A stretch of DNA of 64,000 bases, taken from the NCBI GenBank assembly GCA_044225365.1, contig JBGAIQ010000015.1, positions 5,346 to 69,345 on the forward strand. The letters run 5' to 3'. Made by a program: the position numbers and the translations under genes. Positions 1-9,338 of this stretch are shown piece by piece. Source of the stretch: Planctomycetota bacterium (lineage in GTDB: Bacteria > Planctomycetota > B15-G4 > JADJEK01). The number at the start of each line of letters is the position of its first letter. Position 1 is the first letter of the stretch. Below the pieces are notes generated by a model. That model had not been told where the DNA came from. It searched no databases and saw only the letters and a list, made by a program, of their open reading frames with translations.

Positions 1-1142
1 CGCCGGCCTTTTCGTGCCGCCGCGATGAGGCTCGTCCCTGAACCAAGAAACGGATCGAGGACGATGTCGCCCGTCTTCGAGGAGTTGCGGATCGCGCGCT
101 CAGCAAGAAGAAGTCCCTTTTGCGTCGGGTGCTGGTACGCGTGCGTGGGGTCACGCGGAAGACTCCACAGGGTCGTCTCGTTCTTGGGACCAAAGAACCG
201 ATGGCGAGCACCGCGTTTGAAGCCGTAGAGGCAAAACTCGGTCTGCTGGTTGTAGTCCGAAAATCCCGGCGAGAACGATTCCTTCGCCCACGTGAGGACG
301 CAGGATGGGTGAAGGTCGACCTCTGGCAGGACTTCGTGCATCAGCCCGAAGTTCGAGTGCCCGTGCCAGAGGTAGAAGGCGCCGCCAGGCAACAGGTGCG
401 GTGCGCAGGCCCTAGCGAACTTCGAGAACCACTCGGCGTAGCGGCGCGGACTGAGATCGTCCGATCGGATCGGGGACCAGGTCTTCGTGGTCCCTTTCTT
501 CGAGTTCGGCCGCGTGGACGCGTCGTACGCGACGTTGTAGGGCGCGTCCGTGAAGAGGAGAGCCGCGCGTTCGCCTTCTAAAAGGGTCGCGTAGGACTCG
601 GGAAGCGTCGCGTCCCCGCACAGCAACCGATGGTGTCCGAGTTCGATCAGTTCGCCGGGTTTCGTGATCGGCGGGCAAGTGCTTTCGAGCTCGCGGTCGA
701 TGTCGAGAGAGTCGTCCCCGTCGGGGTCGGTCCCGCGAACGCGTTGAAGCAGGTCTTCGACATCGGGAAGATCAAATCCCGTGATCTCGAGGTCGATCGT
801 CGGGGACTTCGTGATCTCGCTCAAGACCTCGGCGAGCTTCTTGTCGTCCCAGGCGCCGGTGATTCGGTTGAGCGCGAGGTTGAGCGCCTTCTCCTTCTCG
901 AGGGAAAGGTGAACAACGCTGACCTCAACCTCCGTCTTGCCCTTCGCGAGAAGGATCTGGAACCGCTGATGTCCGCCGACGAGGTGGCCGGTCTTCTCGT
1001 TCCAGACGAGCGGTTCGACGCAGCCGAACTCGTCCATGCTCTTGAGGAGCCGCTGGTAGGCGGCGTCCTCCGGGCGCAGACTCTTTCTCGGGTTGTAGGG
1101 GGCAGGTTCGATGCGAGAAATGGGGACAAGGCGGACCGCCAT
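1..1142 (-). CDS. ParB-like N-terminal domain fused to beta-class N6A/N4C DNA methyltransferase (3' end runs off the window)
   Basis: Not in the ORF track; translated by hand from the ATG at 1142, with AGGAG upstream. Reads MAVRLVPISRIEPAPYNPRKSLRPED...EFGCVEPLVWNEKTGHLVGGHQR (ParB-N), HRLLCGDAT, FTDAPYNV (motif IV), HPTQKG, VLDPFLGSGTSLIAA (motif I). Confidence 0.9.
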   Translation of the reverse strand, partial: MAVRLVPISRIEPAPYNPRKSLRPEDAAYQRLLKSMDEFGCVEPLVWNEKTGHLVGGHQRFQILLAKGKTEVEVSVVHLSLEKEKALNLALNRITGAWDDKKLAEVLSEITKSPTIDLEITGFDLPDVEDLLQRVRGTDPDGDDSLDIDRELESTCPPITKPGELIELGHHRLLCGDATLPESYATLLEGERAALLFTDAPYNVAYDASTRPNSKKGTTKTWSPIRSDDLSPRRYAEWFSKFARACAPHLLPGGAFYLWHGHSNFGLMHEVLPEVDLHPSCVLTWAKESFSPGFSDYNQQTEFCLYGFKRGARHRFFGPKNETTLWSLPRDPTHAYQHPTQKGLLLAERAIRNSSKTGDIVLDPFLGSGTSLIAAARKGR

Positions 1143-1227
1143 GTGGAAACTCCTTGATCCCGGGAATCGGGATGGAGGAGTTCTCGTAATCCATACTTGG
1201 CGGGAGCGGGATCCCCGTCACCCTCCC

Positions 1228-1971
1228 TCAGCCCTGAACTTCCTCCCTAAGTATCGACTTAGCAGGGACTCCAGGAGGCGGAGCATCCAATCGATAGTAT
1301 CCCCGGCCTTTGATTTCTTCGATCGAGTAGCCCTTCTTGCGAATGCGATAGATCGTCTTGTGCACCGTACCGACCGTCGCGGATCCGCCGATTCGCTTCG
1401 CGATGTCCTTCGCGAGCAGGGCGTCGCCGTGAAGCGCGTCGAAGACCTGCTGTTCGACGTCGGCGAGTGCTTTGGGAATCAATACCGGCTTGGGCAACGA
1501 AGCGCCGAGCAGGTGGAGTTCGGAAAGCAACGATTCGAAAGACTCACGCAGCCGCAATGGCAGGTACGTCCGGCGCCTCACTTCGTCGGCGCTAAGGCGA
1601 GTCGGAAACGTGATGAGTCCGTACGCTTCGGCGCGGCGCATCTCCCGCAATAGGGTGAGGACGTCCTCGATTCGCTCATCCCACCGGGCCGCACTGCCGG
1701 CTTTCGACGCCGCGAAGCTGACGGCGCCGGCGCGAGCTCGAAACTCGGCACCAAACCGGCGGTCAAGATCGTCAATGTGCACATCGGCGGGGAGAACCGC
1801 CTCATCGAGCGCGGCGTCGGGTCGATGACCGGCGGCATCACGGACCGCGGTCGCCCAACTTCTCGCAACGCTCAGAAGGTCGTCGACCGGGTCACCCGTG
1901 GCGGCCGGAATCGGTGCGCGTTCGCGGACCTTCGCCAGTGCCTGGGCTCGATCGGGGGATTCGTCGACCAT
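1228..1971 (-). CDS. Hypothetical protein with C-terminal winged helix-turn-helix
   Basis: Start MVDESPDR chosen within ORF 1228..2265. The C-terminal segment LLAKDIAKRIGGSATVGTVHKTIYRIRKKGYSIEEIKGRGYYRL resembles HTH_11/BirA-type wHTH. Confidence 0.65.
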   Translation of the reverse strand: MVDESPDRAQALAKVRERAPIPAATGDPVDDLLSVARSWATAVRDAAGHRPDAALDEAVLPADVHIDDLDRRFGAEFRARAGAVSFAASKAGSAARWDERIEDVLTLLREMRRAEAYGLITFPTRLSADEVRRRTYLPLRLRESFESLLSELHLLGASLPKPVLIPKALADVEQQVFDALHGDALLAKDIAKRIGGSATVGTVHKTIYRIRKKGYSIEEIKGRGYYRLDAPPPGVPAKSILREEVQG

Positions 1972-2172
1972 CGCGCCGCAGGGTACGGGTTTGAAGCGGG
2001 GCGGGGGAAGTGTCCACAGATTGGAAATGTCCGAGGCGCTAGGGCTGACACGCCACAACATTCGTGCGAACAAACTCTTACGTGTTTCCATGGGTCTCGG
2101 CCGGTGACAAAACGGCCACCAAAACCCGCATTTCACCCCTACCCGCCAGCCCTCTCGTGGGGTCTGTATGAC

Positions 2173-2185
2173 GCCCCCGCTACCA
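2173..2185 (+). mobile_element. Putative att site: displaced 3' end of initiator tRNA-Met (GCCCCCGCTACCA)
   Basis: Matches the acceptor-stem 3' strand plus CCA of bacterial tRNA-fMet, with no upstream tRNA body. Followed by a terminator-like hairpin; mobile-element-type genes lie to its left. Confidence 0.55.
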
Positions 2186-2193
2186 GACAACAC

Positions 2194-2228
2194 CGAAGGG
2201 CTCGCCGCGTCTCGCGGCGAGCCCTTCG
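2194..2228 (+). terminator. Perfect 16-bp hairpin
   Basis: CGAAGGGCTCGCCGCG-TCT-CGCGGCGAGCCCTTCG; the U-tract is weak. Confidence 0.55.
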
Positions 2229-2838
2229 CGCGTTCTGATCTCCGACGGCGCTCACGCTTTCGCAAGCGAAGAGATCCGTAGCGGCTTCGCGCGCGCAGGG
2301 CGCGAATTACAGCACACTCCTGCTCGCCCCGCGGAAGCGGCGAGTGGACCCGGCGACTCGCTCTCGCAGCCGGTCAGCCGGACCATCTCGATTTGAGTCG
2401 TTGCATTTTTTGCAACAGTTGCCGATCGCTCCAAGTCTCCGGATTGGAACTCATTGCGCAGAAGCCGCGAAATCACGGATCCGGTGCGTTCGAACGATCC
2501 TGACGTCCGCGTCCGCGCCAGCCAGAAGGTGTCGTGATCGGCTTGGACCTGCGCCTCGCCGTCGGGGTGCGCGGTCCTCCAGGAGGACGCCAAGCGATCC
2601 TGCGGCGGGCGTCTTGCTCGTCTTGACCCAAGCGCTGCGAACGTAGCTCGAGAGCCTTCCGTGGACGGCACGCCCCGGTTCCAGTTTCCGATCGGTTCGG
2701 CATAATCGGCGCTCGGCATCGGCAAGGAGAGCGCCATCCCTTCGAGCAACCGCGAACCCACGCCCATCGCGGGTGACGAACGCGCGCGGCGCGCGAACTT
2801 CGTGAGTCGCCGACGGCGGCGCGTGAGCGGGGGGTCGC

Positions 2839-5800
2839 GTGCGAAGTGATCGCTGGCAGCGGATCCGCGAGATGTTCGATCGCGTGATCGACGTCGCGCC
2901 CGCGGCGCGCGCGGAGTGGCTCGCGACGAACCTCGGCGCGGAGCCCGAGGTCAAAGCAGAAGTGGAAGCGCTGCTGCGCGCGCACAGCGACACCGAGCTG
3001 CGCAGCACGAACCCGAGCGAGCCGCGGCCCGCGACGACTTCGAGCCTCGAGGGCCCGGGGACCGTGATCGGTCGCTATCGCATCGTGTCGGAGATCGGCG
3101 AAGGCGGGTTCGGCAAGGTGTACCTGGCGCAGCAGCAGGAGCCGATCCAGCGCAACGTGGCGCTCAAGATCATCAAGCCGGGGATGGACACCGCGCAGGT
3201 GATCGCGCGCTTCGAGGCGGAGCGCCAGACGCTGGCGTTGATGGATCACGACGCGATCGCGAAGGTGTACGACGCGGGCGCGACGGCGGCGGGGCGCCCC
3301 TACTTCGTGATGGAGCTCGTGAACGGAATTCCGATCACGCGCTTCTGCGACGACGAGCGCCTCGACACGACGCAGCGCATCGAGCTCTTCGTGCACGTCT
3401 GCCATGCGATCCAGCACGCGCATCAGAAGGGCGTCGTCCATCGCGACATCAAACCCTCGAACCTGCTCGTCGCGATGCACGACGGTCGCCCCGTGCCCAA
3501 GGTGATCGACTTCGGGATCGCGAAGGCGATGCAGCCCAGGGCCGAGGGTCAGCTCGCGTTCACCGCGGAACAGCAAATCGTCGGCACGCCGCAATACATG
3601 TCGCCGGAGCAGGCGGGCTCGGGCGACCGCGACATCGATACGCGCTCCGACATCTACTCGCTCGGAGTCGTGCTCTACGAGTTGCTCACCGGCGACACGC
3701 CCTTCCAAATGCGGTCGAAGGGCCCCGCGAGTCTCGACGTGCTGTTGCGCCAGATCTGCGAGGTGGATCCGCAAACGCCGAGTTCGCGGCTCGCGACGCG
3801 AGGGGCCGAAACGAACCAGGTGGCGGCGCAGCGGCGCACGGATCAGCGCCGATTGCGCGAGCGACTGCGCGGCGATCTCGACTGGATCGTGATGAAGGCG
3901 CTCGCGAAGGATCGCACGCGCCGCTACGCGACCGCGAACGGGCTCGCGATGGATCTGAGTCGCCATCTGCGGGGACTTCCGGTCGAGGCCGGTCCGCCGA
4001 GCGTCGGCTATCGCGTGCAGAAGTTCGTGCGGCGCAATCTCGCGATCGTGGCGTCGCTCGGTGCGATCTTCGTCTCCCTCGTCGTCGGACTCGGTATCGC
4101 CCTCTGGCAGTACGAAGATGCGCGCAAGAACGCGACGCTCGCAGCGGACAACGCCGCCGCGGCCAATCGCAACGCGGCGATGGCGGAGACGCGCGAACGC
4201 GAAACCAAGGCCGCATTGCAGCGCGAGAAGGAGGCACTGAACGTCGCGAATGGCCATCGTCTCAGCGCGCAGGCGATCGCGCTCGCGAACGAGGATCCCA
4301 CCCTCGCGCTCCTGCTCGCGATCGAGGGCGCGAAACTCGCGAGCGGGCCCGACGTCCAGGCGGCGCTCTATGCCGCGCTCGAGCACCATCGCGAAACGGC
4401 GATCCTCCCGGGCCACGACGCGGCGAGCCAGGTGCTCGATCTCACCGCCGACGATCGCTTCGCGTTGAGCAGCGATGACTCGGGACTGATCCTGATCAGC
4501 GACCTTCACGAGGTGCGTGCGAAGCGGATCTACGAGCTGCCGGAACCGTCCGCAAAGGCGGGCATCTTGGCGGCGGCCTTCGCATCCGATCCGCGGCGTG
4601 CGTTCGGGCTCACGGGCGATGGCATGCTGTACGAATTCGCCGAGTCCGGCGACTGCGTCGCGATCCGCTCGACGCCGGAGAGTCTGTCGTGCGCCGCGTT
4701 CGTGGCGAAGAACGATCTCGTCCTCGCCGGTGGGGCAGACGGAGTCGTGCGCTCGATCCCGCTCGACGCCAAGGCCGAGGTAGCAGCGATCGCGCGCCAC
4801 GCATCCGCGGTCGTTGCGCTCGCCACCTCGGCCGACGGTGGGTTCGTCGCGAGTCTCGACACGGGAATGACGTTGATCGTCACGGATCGCTCGACCGGAA
4901 CCGCGATCGGGCACGTCGCGCTCGCGAGCGGCGACCTGGATCCGTCGGTCTACAACGCAGCGACCTGGCACTTCCCCTCGCTGCAGTTCGACGCGAAAGC
5001 GCATCGACTGCTCGCGCGGGCGCGGAACGGCCAATTGACCATGCTCGAGATCCCATCGTGTCGAGTCGAGTGGCAGAACGATCCGGGCGAGCGAGTCGAC
5101 CAAAGAGTCGACCAGAGAATCAATGGCTACGCCGCGCTGGCGCCGAGCGGCGAATTCGTGGTTACCGGAGACTTCACGCGTCCCAGTCCGCGCGAGCGGG
5201 CCGAAGGGATCTTCGTCCTCGATGCAGCGACGGGTCGCGACGTCCGTCAACTCGCCACGTCGATCCTCGGTGCGCGGCTCGACATCGTGTTCGACACGAA
5301 CGGCACGACGGTCGTGGTCGCCGGCAATCGCGGGACCGACGCGTGGATGCTCGACACCGGCGCCAGGATCGGTCCGATTCCGAGTCCCGCGCATCGCTTC
5401 GGCGGCATGCGCTTCACGCACGACGGAGATCGAGTCATCGCCGGTTCATCGGGCGGAGATCTCGTCGCCTTCCGGATCGCGGCGTATCCGGGATCGAAGC
5501 GATGGATGAAGGACCAGTTCGAGAGACGAGCCTGGATGCAGCGTGTCGATGGCAACGGGCGGCGCGTGATGATGACCCAGCGAGCGACTCCCGGCGTCGA
5601 TGGTCCCGACGATTCGACGTGGGTCTTCGATGCCGCGACCGGCGATGCGATCGCGGAGATCGTCCCGCCCCGTGCGGGTCGCTGCGAATACGAGATCTCA
5701 CGCTCCGGACGCTTCGCCGTGGCGATGGTGGAGGGACAGCGGGGCGAGCTGTTCGATCTCGATCGCGGCTCGCGGCGGTCGCTCGACGTCTCGAACCTGA

Positions 5801-6834
5801 GCCGGCTGCGCTTCAGCCCCGACGAGCGGTTCCTCTCTGGAGTCGATCTGAAGTCGGAGACGGTGATCGCGGTCGATCTCGAGACTGGAGTCGAGATCGG
5901 CAGGGTCCGCTCCGCGGGCTTCACCGCGCAGGTAGCGACCGGAGGCAAGCTCCTTGCGATCGCGGCGGGCGGTTCGGGACAGGTCACCGCGCACTCGCTC
6001 CCCGACGGGGCCTTGCTCCACACGATCGATCACAGTGGCTTCGCGTTCGATGTCGCGTTCGCGGGCGACGGCGCGCGCCTCGCGACCGTGGCGAACGACA
6101 CGACCGCCCTGATCTTCGACTCTTCCACTTGGGTTCGACTCGCCCGCACCACGATCCCAACCGGGGATCTCGGCCACTGCGATTTCTCTCCGGATGGTCG
6201 CTACGCAATGGTCAAGATCGACGACCACTTGGTGCTCCTCGACGGCAAGGAAGGGTCGGTGGTGGCGCGGTGGAATCGACCCGGCCTGGTGGATGCGCGG
6301 TTCTCCGCGGATTCGAATTGGCTGCGTTGGATGATGCTGGATGGGAGCATCCTCGACGTCCCGCTCGATCCACTCGGCTACGCGCGGTCGCTCGCACCGC
6401 GCGTGATGACGACCGAGGAGATGACCCGCTACGAGGTCGGTACGAAGGACGACATCGCGGCGCGACGGCTCGAACTCGACGCAGCGCCCGATTCCGCGCG
6501 CAATCTGATCGTGCGCGGGGAAGCTGCGATCACGACCCGCGAGATCGAGCGCGGATTGGAACTCCTCGAGCGCGCGGCGAGGATTCGCAGCCGACTGCCC
6601 GTGCGATTCCACCTCGCACGCGCCTGCGGGTTGACGCTACGAATGGCGACCTGGCCGGACACGTCAGAAGGGCGAGCGAATCGATCTCGTGATCGCGACG
6701 CCGCACTCGCGGACCTCGTGGCCGTGCGCGACGCCGGCTACCCGCCTGCGAGTTTCCAGGCCACGGAGGAACTCGCGGGACTCCGCGGCGAACCCGGCGC
6801 CGATTGGGTGTTCGAAGTGCCGACGGAACGGTGA
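2839..6834 (+). CDS. Ser/Thr protein kinase with TM segment, WD40-like beta-propellers and C-terminal TPR-like helices
   Basis: Kinase motifs IGEGGFGKV, VALKIIK, HRDIKPSN, DFGIAK, GTPQYMSPEQ and DIYSLG; hydrophobic segment LAIVASLGAIFVSLVVGLGIALW; repeated WD-like FSPDG units. Confidence 0.93.
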   Translation: MRSDRWQRIREMFDRVIDVAPAARAEWLATNLGAEPEVKAEVEALLRAHSDTELRSTNPSEPRPATTSSLEGPGTVIGRYRIVSEIGEGGFGKVYLAQQQEPIQRNVALKIIKPGMDTAQVIARFEAERQTLALMDHDAIAKVYDAGATAAGRPYFVMELVNGIPITRFCDDERLDTTQRIELFVHVCHAIQHAHQKGVVHRDIKPSNLLVAMHDGRPVPKVIDFGIAKAMQPRAEGQLAFTAEQQIVGTPQYMSPEQAGSGDRDIDTRSDIYSLGVVLYELLTGDTPFQMRSKGPASLDVLLRQICEVDPQTPSSRLATRGAETNQVAAQRRTDQRRLRERLRGDLDWIVMKALAKDRTRRYATANGLAMDLSRHLRGLPVEAGPPSVGYRVQKFVRRNLAIVASLGAIFVSLVVGLGIALWQYEDARKNATLAADNAAAANRNAAMAETRERETKAALQREKEALNVANGHRLSAQAIALANEDPTLALLLAIEGAKLASGPDVQAALYAALEHHRETAILPGHDAASQVLDLTADDRFALSSDDSGLILISDLHEVRAKRIYELPEPSAKAGILAAAFASDPRRAFGLTGDGMLYEFAESGDCVAIRSTPESLSCAAFVAKNDLVLAGGADGVVRSIPLDAKAEVAAIARHASAVVALATSADGGFVASLDTGMTLIVTDRSTGTAIGHVALASGDLDPSVYNAATWHFPSLQFDAKAHRLLARARNGQLTMLEIPSCRVEWQNDPGERVDQRVDQRINGYAALAPSGEFVVTGDFTRPSPRERAEGIFVLDAATGRDVRQLATSILGARLDIVFDTNGTTVVVAGNRGTDAWMLDTGARIGPIPSPAHRFGGMRFTHDGDRVIAGSSGGDLVAFRIAAYPGSKRWMKDQFERRAWMQRVDGNGRRVMMTQRATPGVDGPDDSTWVFDAATGDAIAEIVPPRAGRCEYEISRSGRFAVAMVEGQRGELFDLDRGSRRSLDVSNLSRLRFSPDERFLSGVDLKSETVIAVDLETGVEIGRVRSAGFTAQVATGGKLLAIAAGGSGQVTAHSLPDGALLHTIDHSGFAFDVAFAGDGARLATVANDTTALIFDSSTWVRLARTTIPTGDLGHCDFSPDGRYAMVKIDDHLVLLDGKEGSVVARWNRPGLVDARFSADSNWLRWMMLDGSILDVPLDPLGYARSLAPRVMTTEEMTRYEVGTKDDIAARRLELDAAPDSARNLIVRGEAAITTREIERGLELLERAARIRSRLPVRFHLARACGLTLRMATWPDTSEGRANRSRDRDAALADLVAVRDAGYPPASFQATEELAGLRGEPGADWVFEVPTER

Positions 6835-6970
6835 ACCATGGAGAATCGGACGCACGAAGCTTCCGAAAAGCCCTTCATCCGATAAAACGATCGAGAACAG
6901 CGCACGTCTTCGGCGGCGGCGAGAATCGGCACTCGCCCCGGACGTTCGCGCGAATCCCGGAGACGTGGCC

Positions 6971-7468
6971 ATGTCGTTGCATTCCGTCCTCGTTCGGTCG
7001 TTCCGTGGCGCATCGGTCCTTCTCCTGATCGCCGCGCTCACCGCGTGCAGCGCCGGGCCTTGGGGGAAGGGCGACAGCGAACCCGATTACTTCCTGCTGC
7101 GTCCCACGGTCGAGAATGCGTACGGCTACACGCACGCGGTTCGCATCGGCGAGGACATCAAGATCTCGGGCGCGGTCAGCATGGACGACGCCGGAAATCT
7201 GGTCGCCGCCGGCGATCTCGAACAGCAGATGAAGAACTGCTACGCGGATCTCGAGAAGATCCTGAAGCACTACGGCTGCACCTTCGACGACGTGATGGTG
7301 GAGAACGTCTTCACCACCGACATGGCGGGTTTCATCCGCGTGTCGGGCTACCGCAACTCGATCTACAAGTCCCGCTTCCCGACCGGCACCTGGCTCGAAG
7401 TGAAGGGACTCGCGCTGCAGGGTCAGTTGATCGAGATCGACATGGAAGCACGGGTCCGGTCGCACTGA
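6971..7468 (+). CDS. Rid (YjgF/YER057c/UK114) family protein, probable lipoprotein
   Basis: YGYTHAVRIG, ISGAVSMD...GDLEQQMKNCY, and LEVKGLA...LIEID; N-terminal hydrophobic stretch with lipobox LTAC. Confidence 0.85.
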   Translation: MSLHSVLVRSFRGASVLLLIAALTACSAGPWGKGDSEPDYFLLRPTVENAYGYTHAVRIGEDIKISGAVSMDDAGNLVAAGDLEQQMKNCYADLEKILKHYGCTFDDVMVENVFTTDMAGFIRVSGYRNSIYKSRFPTGTWLEVKGLALQGQLIEIDMEARVRSH

Positions 7469-7537
7469 CATCTCGCGACGGCCATCGCCGCGGCCGAGCG
7501 TGGACCCGATTCCTGATGGGCCTCATGGCGCGAGCCC

Positions 7538-7582
7538 TGTCGCGAGTGTGTCGCGAAACCTGTCGCGAATCTGTCGCGAATC
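7538..7582. repeat. Four tandem TGTCGCGA units at 11-12 bp spacing
   Basis: tgtcgcgagtg tgtcgcgaaacc tgtcgcgaatc tgtcgcgaatc, immediately downstream of the Fic stop codon. Confidence 0.7.
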
Positions 7583-7589
7583 ACCCTAA

Positions 7590-8651
7590 TCATCGATCCA
7601 GAATGCTGTAACGAGCGGATCTCGATCCGCCCCTCGTACGGATGATTCCGGCTTCCACGAGCCTCGAGAGATCGCGCTGAAGTGTCCTTCGATGGACGCC
7701 GGGTACGCGAGCTACGAGGTCCTGAATCCCGACTTCGCCACTCTCGAGGAGGATCTCGATCAACGCGCTCTGGCGTTGATTCAACCCATGTTCCTTCACG
7801 AGCACGTCACGCCGAATGACGGACTCGCCTCGCTGTCGTATTTCCGTCAATTGCGTGACGAGTCCATGAACGAAGTACTCGAGCCAGCCCGTGAGGTCGA
7901 GATCCTGCTCACGCACGCTCTGGATCGCACGATAGAACGAGCTCCGATCGCGGTCATAGAATTCGCTGAGCGTGAACAGGCGTTTGAAGTCGTAACCCGA
8001 TCGATAGAGACAAAGGGTCGAGAGCAACCGCGATGTTCGCCCATTGCCGTCCACGAATGGGTGGATGTGAACGAGTTGGAACTGGGCGATCCCGGCAACG
8101 AGGACTGGGTGGATCTCGGTCTCCTGCCGCAACCAGGAAACGAGATCCCGCATTATTAATGGGGCGACCGCTGTAGGTGGCGGCGGCGTGTAGATCACGG
8201 CTCCCGTCGTGAAGTTCGCCACGTAGTTCTGGATCTTCCGATACTCGCCGGGTTCGGCGGCGCCGCCGCGCACGCCGTCGACCAGTCGCTTGTGGACTTC
8301 ACGGATCAGCCCTTCGGTGATGGGCTCGCCACTCCCGACGTAGCTCGAAACCAGATCGAACGCGTTGCGATAGTTCAGCAACTCCCGTACGTCGTTGCGA
8401 TCGGCGCCGACGACGGACTCACCGGCCCATACTCGCGACGCCTCTTCGAGCGTGAGCTGCGTCCCCTCGATGTGAGTCGTGTGATGCGCTTCGAGCAGGA
8501 GCGCCTGACGGCTCATCTTGCCGAGCCATTCCGCGGACAGACGCGCAGCGTCGAGGAAACCCCGAGCACGTTCGATCGCCGTCAAGCCGGCCGTGATCGC
8601 GTTCGTGATCGTGAAACGCGGCGCGAAGCGTGAAGACATGACCTGACTCAC
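7590..8651 (-). CDS. Fic family protein with C-terminal HTH
   Basis: Canonical [12 protein letters not shown] motif; N-terminal TTHIEGT; C-terminal [19 protein letters not shown]. Start is GTG 8651 or ATG 8639. Confidence 0.93.
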   Translation of the reverse strand: MSQVMSSRFAPRFTITNAITAGLTAIERARGFLDAARLSAEWLGKMSRQALLLEAHHTTHIEGTQLTLEEASRVWAGESVVGADRNDVRELLNYRNAFDLVSSYVGSGEPITEGLIREVHKRLVDGVRGGAAEPGEYRKIQNYVANFTTGAVIYTPPPPTAVAPLIMRDLVSWLRQETEIHPVLVAGIAQFQLVHIHPFVDGNGRTSRLLSTLCLYRSGYDFKRLFTLSEFYDRDRSSFYRAIQSVREQDLDLTGWLEYFVHGLVTQLTEIRQRGESVIRRDVLVKEHGLNQRQSALIEILLESGEVGIQDLVARVPGVHRRTLQRDLSRLVEAGIIRTRGGSRSARYSILDR

Positions 8652-8869
8652 AACCCCGCTTTGTTCTTGAGTACCTCAGATGAACTCATGCGAGCTCGTT
8701 CCATCCTTGGCCAACGCCTTGTACCTCGGCGACAAAGCGTGCGCGGGGTACCGATTGCCGAACATACACTCTGGGCAATTCGCATCCACGGCGTTGCCGA
8801 GTCCGGAAGCGTGTTGACGGAGAGACGAAGATCGTGGGACGCGATCGGTTCGACGAGAAACGGAAGCGG

Positions 8870-9295
8870 TTGAAGTTCGACTGGAAAGCGCTCGAGGCCT
8901 ACCTCGGCACGCACGCGGCGCCCTGGCTCGCGAGCATGCTCACGATTCGAGCGACCCACGACGCGGTTCTTCGGTATTCGCTCTTCGCTCGGATGGCGCT
9001 CGATCGGCCCGCGGCCCCCGACCTCGCGCGCCTCGAGGAAGTACTCTTCGACGCGGTGGATCCTGGGCGCGGCGTCGCGTGGAACGAGCTCACGGAATAC
9101 TCGTGCCGGGTGCATGTCGTCGAAGACCTCGTCTCGGAGTTGACTCGACGGGGGCTCCATTCCCTCGCGGCGATGCTCGGGCGCGCGGTCCTCGCCCGCA
9201 TCGAGGCGAAGCTCGACCTCGTCGCCGATGACGGATACGTCGAGATGGCGATCGACGATCTTCGCGGGGCGATCGCCGCAGCCGAAGGCGCCTGA
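8870..9295 (+). CDS. Hypothetical protein
   Basis: Helical-looking ORF with host-like codon usage; TTG start at 8870 chosen within ORF 8834..9295. Confidence 0.5.
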   Translation: MKFDWKALEAYLGTHAAPWLASMLTIRATHDAVLRYSLFARMALDRPAAPDLARLEEVLFDAVDPGRGVAWNELTEYSCRVHVVEDLVSELTRRGLHSLAAMLGRAVLARIEAKLDLVADDGYVEMAIDDLRGAIAAAEGA

Positions 9296-9338
9296 CGAAT
9301 CCCGACCGAAGCGTCGGAATCGTGCAAGGCGACGGAGG

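Noticed and set aside
120-1157. Plus-strand ORFs 120..581 and 630..1157
   Set aside because: They are antisense shadows of the minus-strand methyltransferase.
2100-2185. Complete tRNA gene ending at the CCA
   Set aside because: No T-loop GTTCRA, D-arm or matching 5' CGCGGGG strand upstream; only the 3' fragment is present.
5089-5121. Short 12-bp duplication encoding ERVDQRVDQRI in the kinase
   Set aside because: In-frame micro-duplication in a probable loop; no evidence of function.
2473-5421. 982-aa minus-strand ORF and similar long Arg/Ala-rich overlapping ORFs elsewhere (e.g. 4689..6692, 31299..33134, 34645..36891, 57991..59844)
   Set aside because: Typical shadow ORFs of GC-rich coding DNA, overlapping genes that have clear family motifs.
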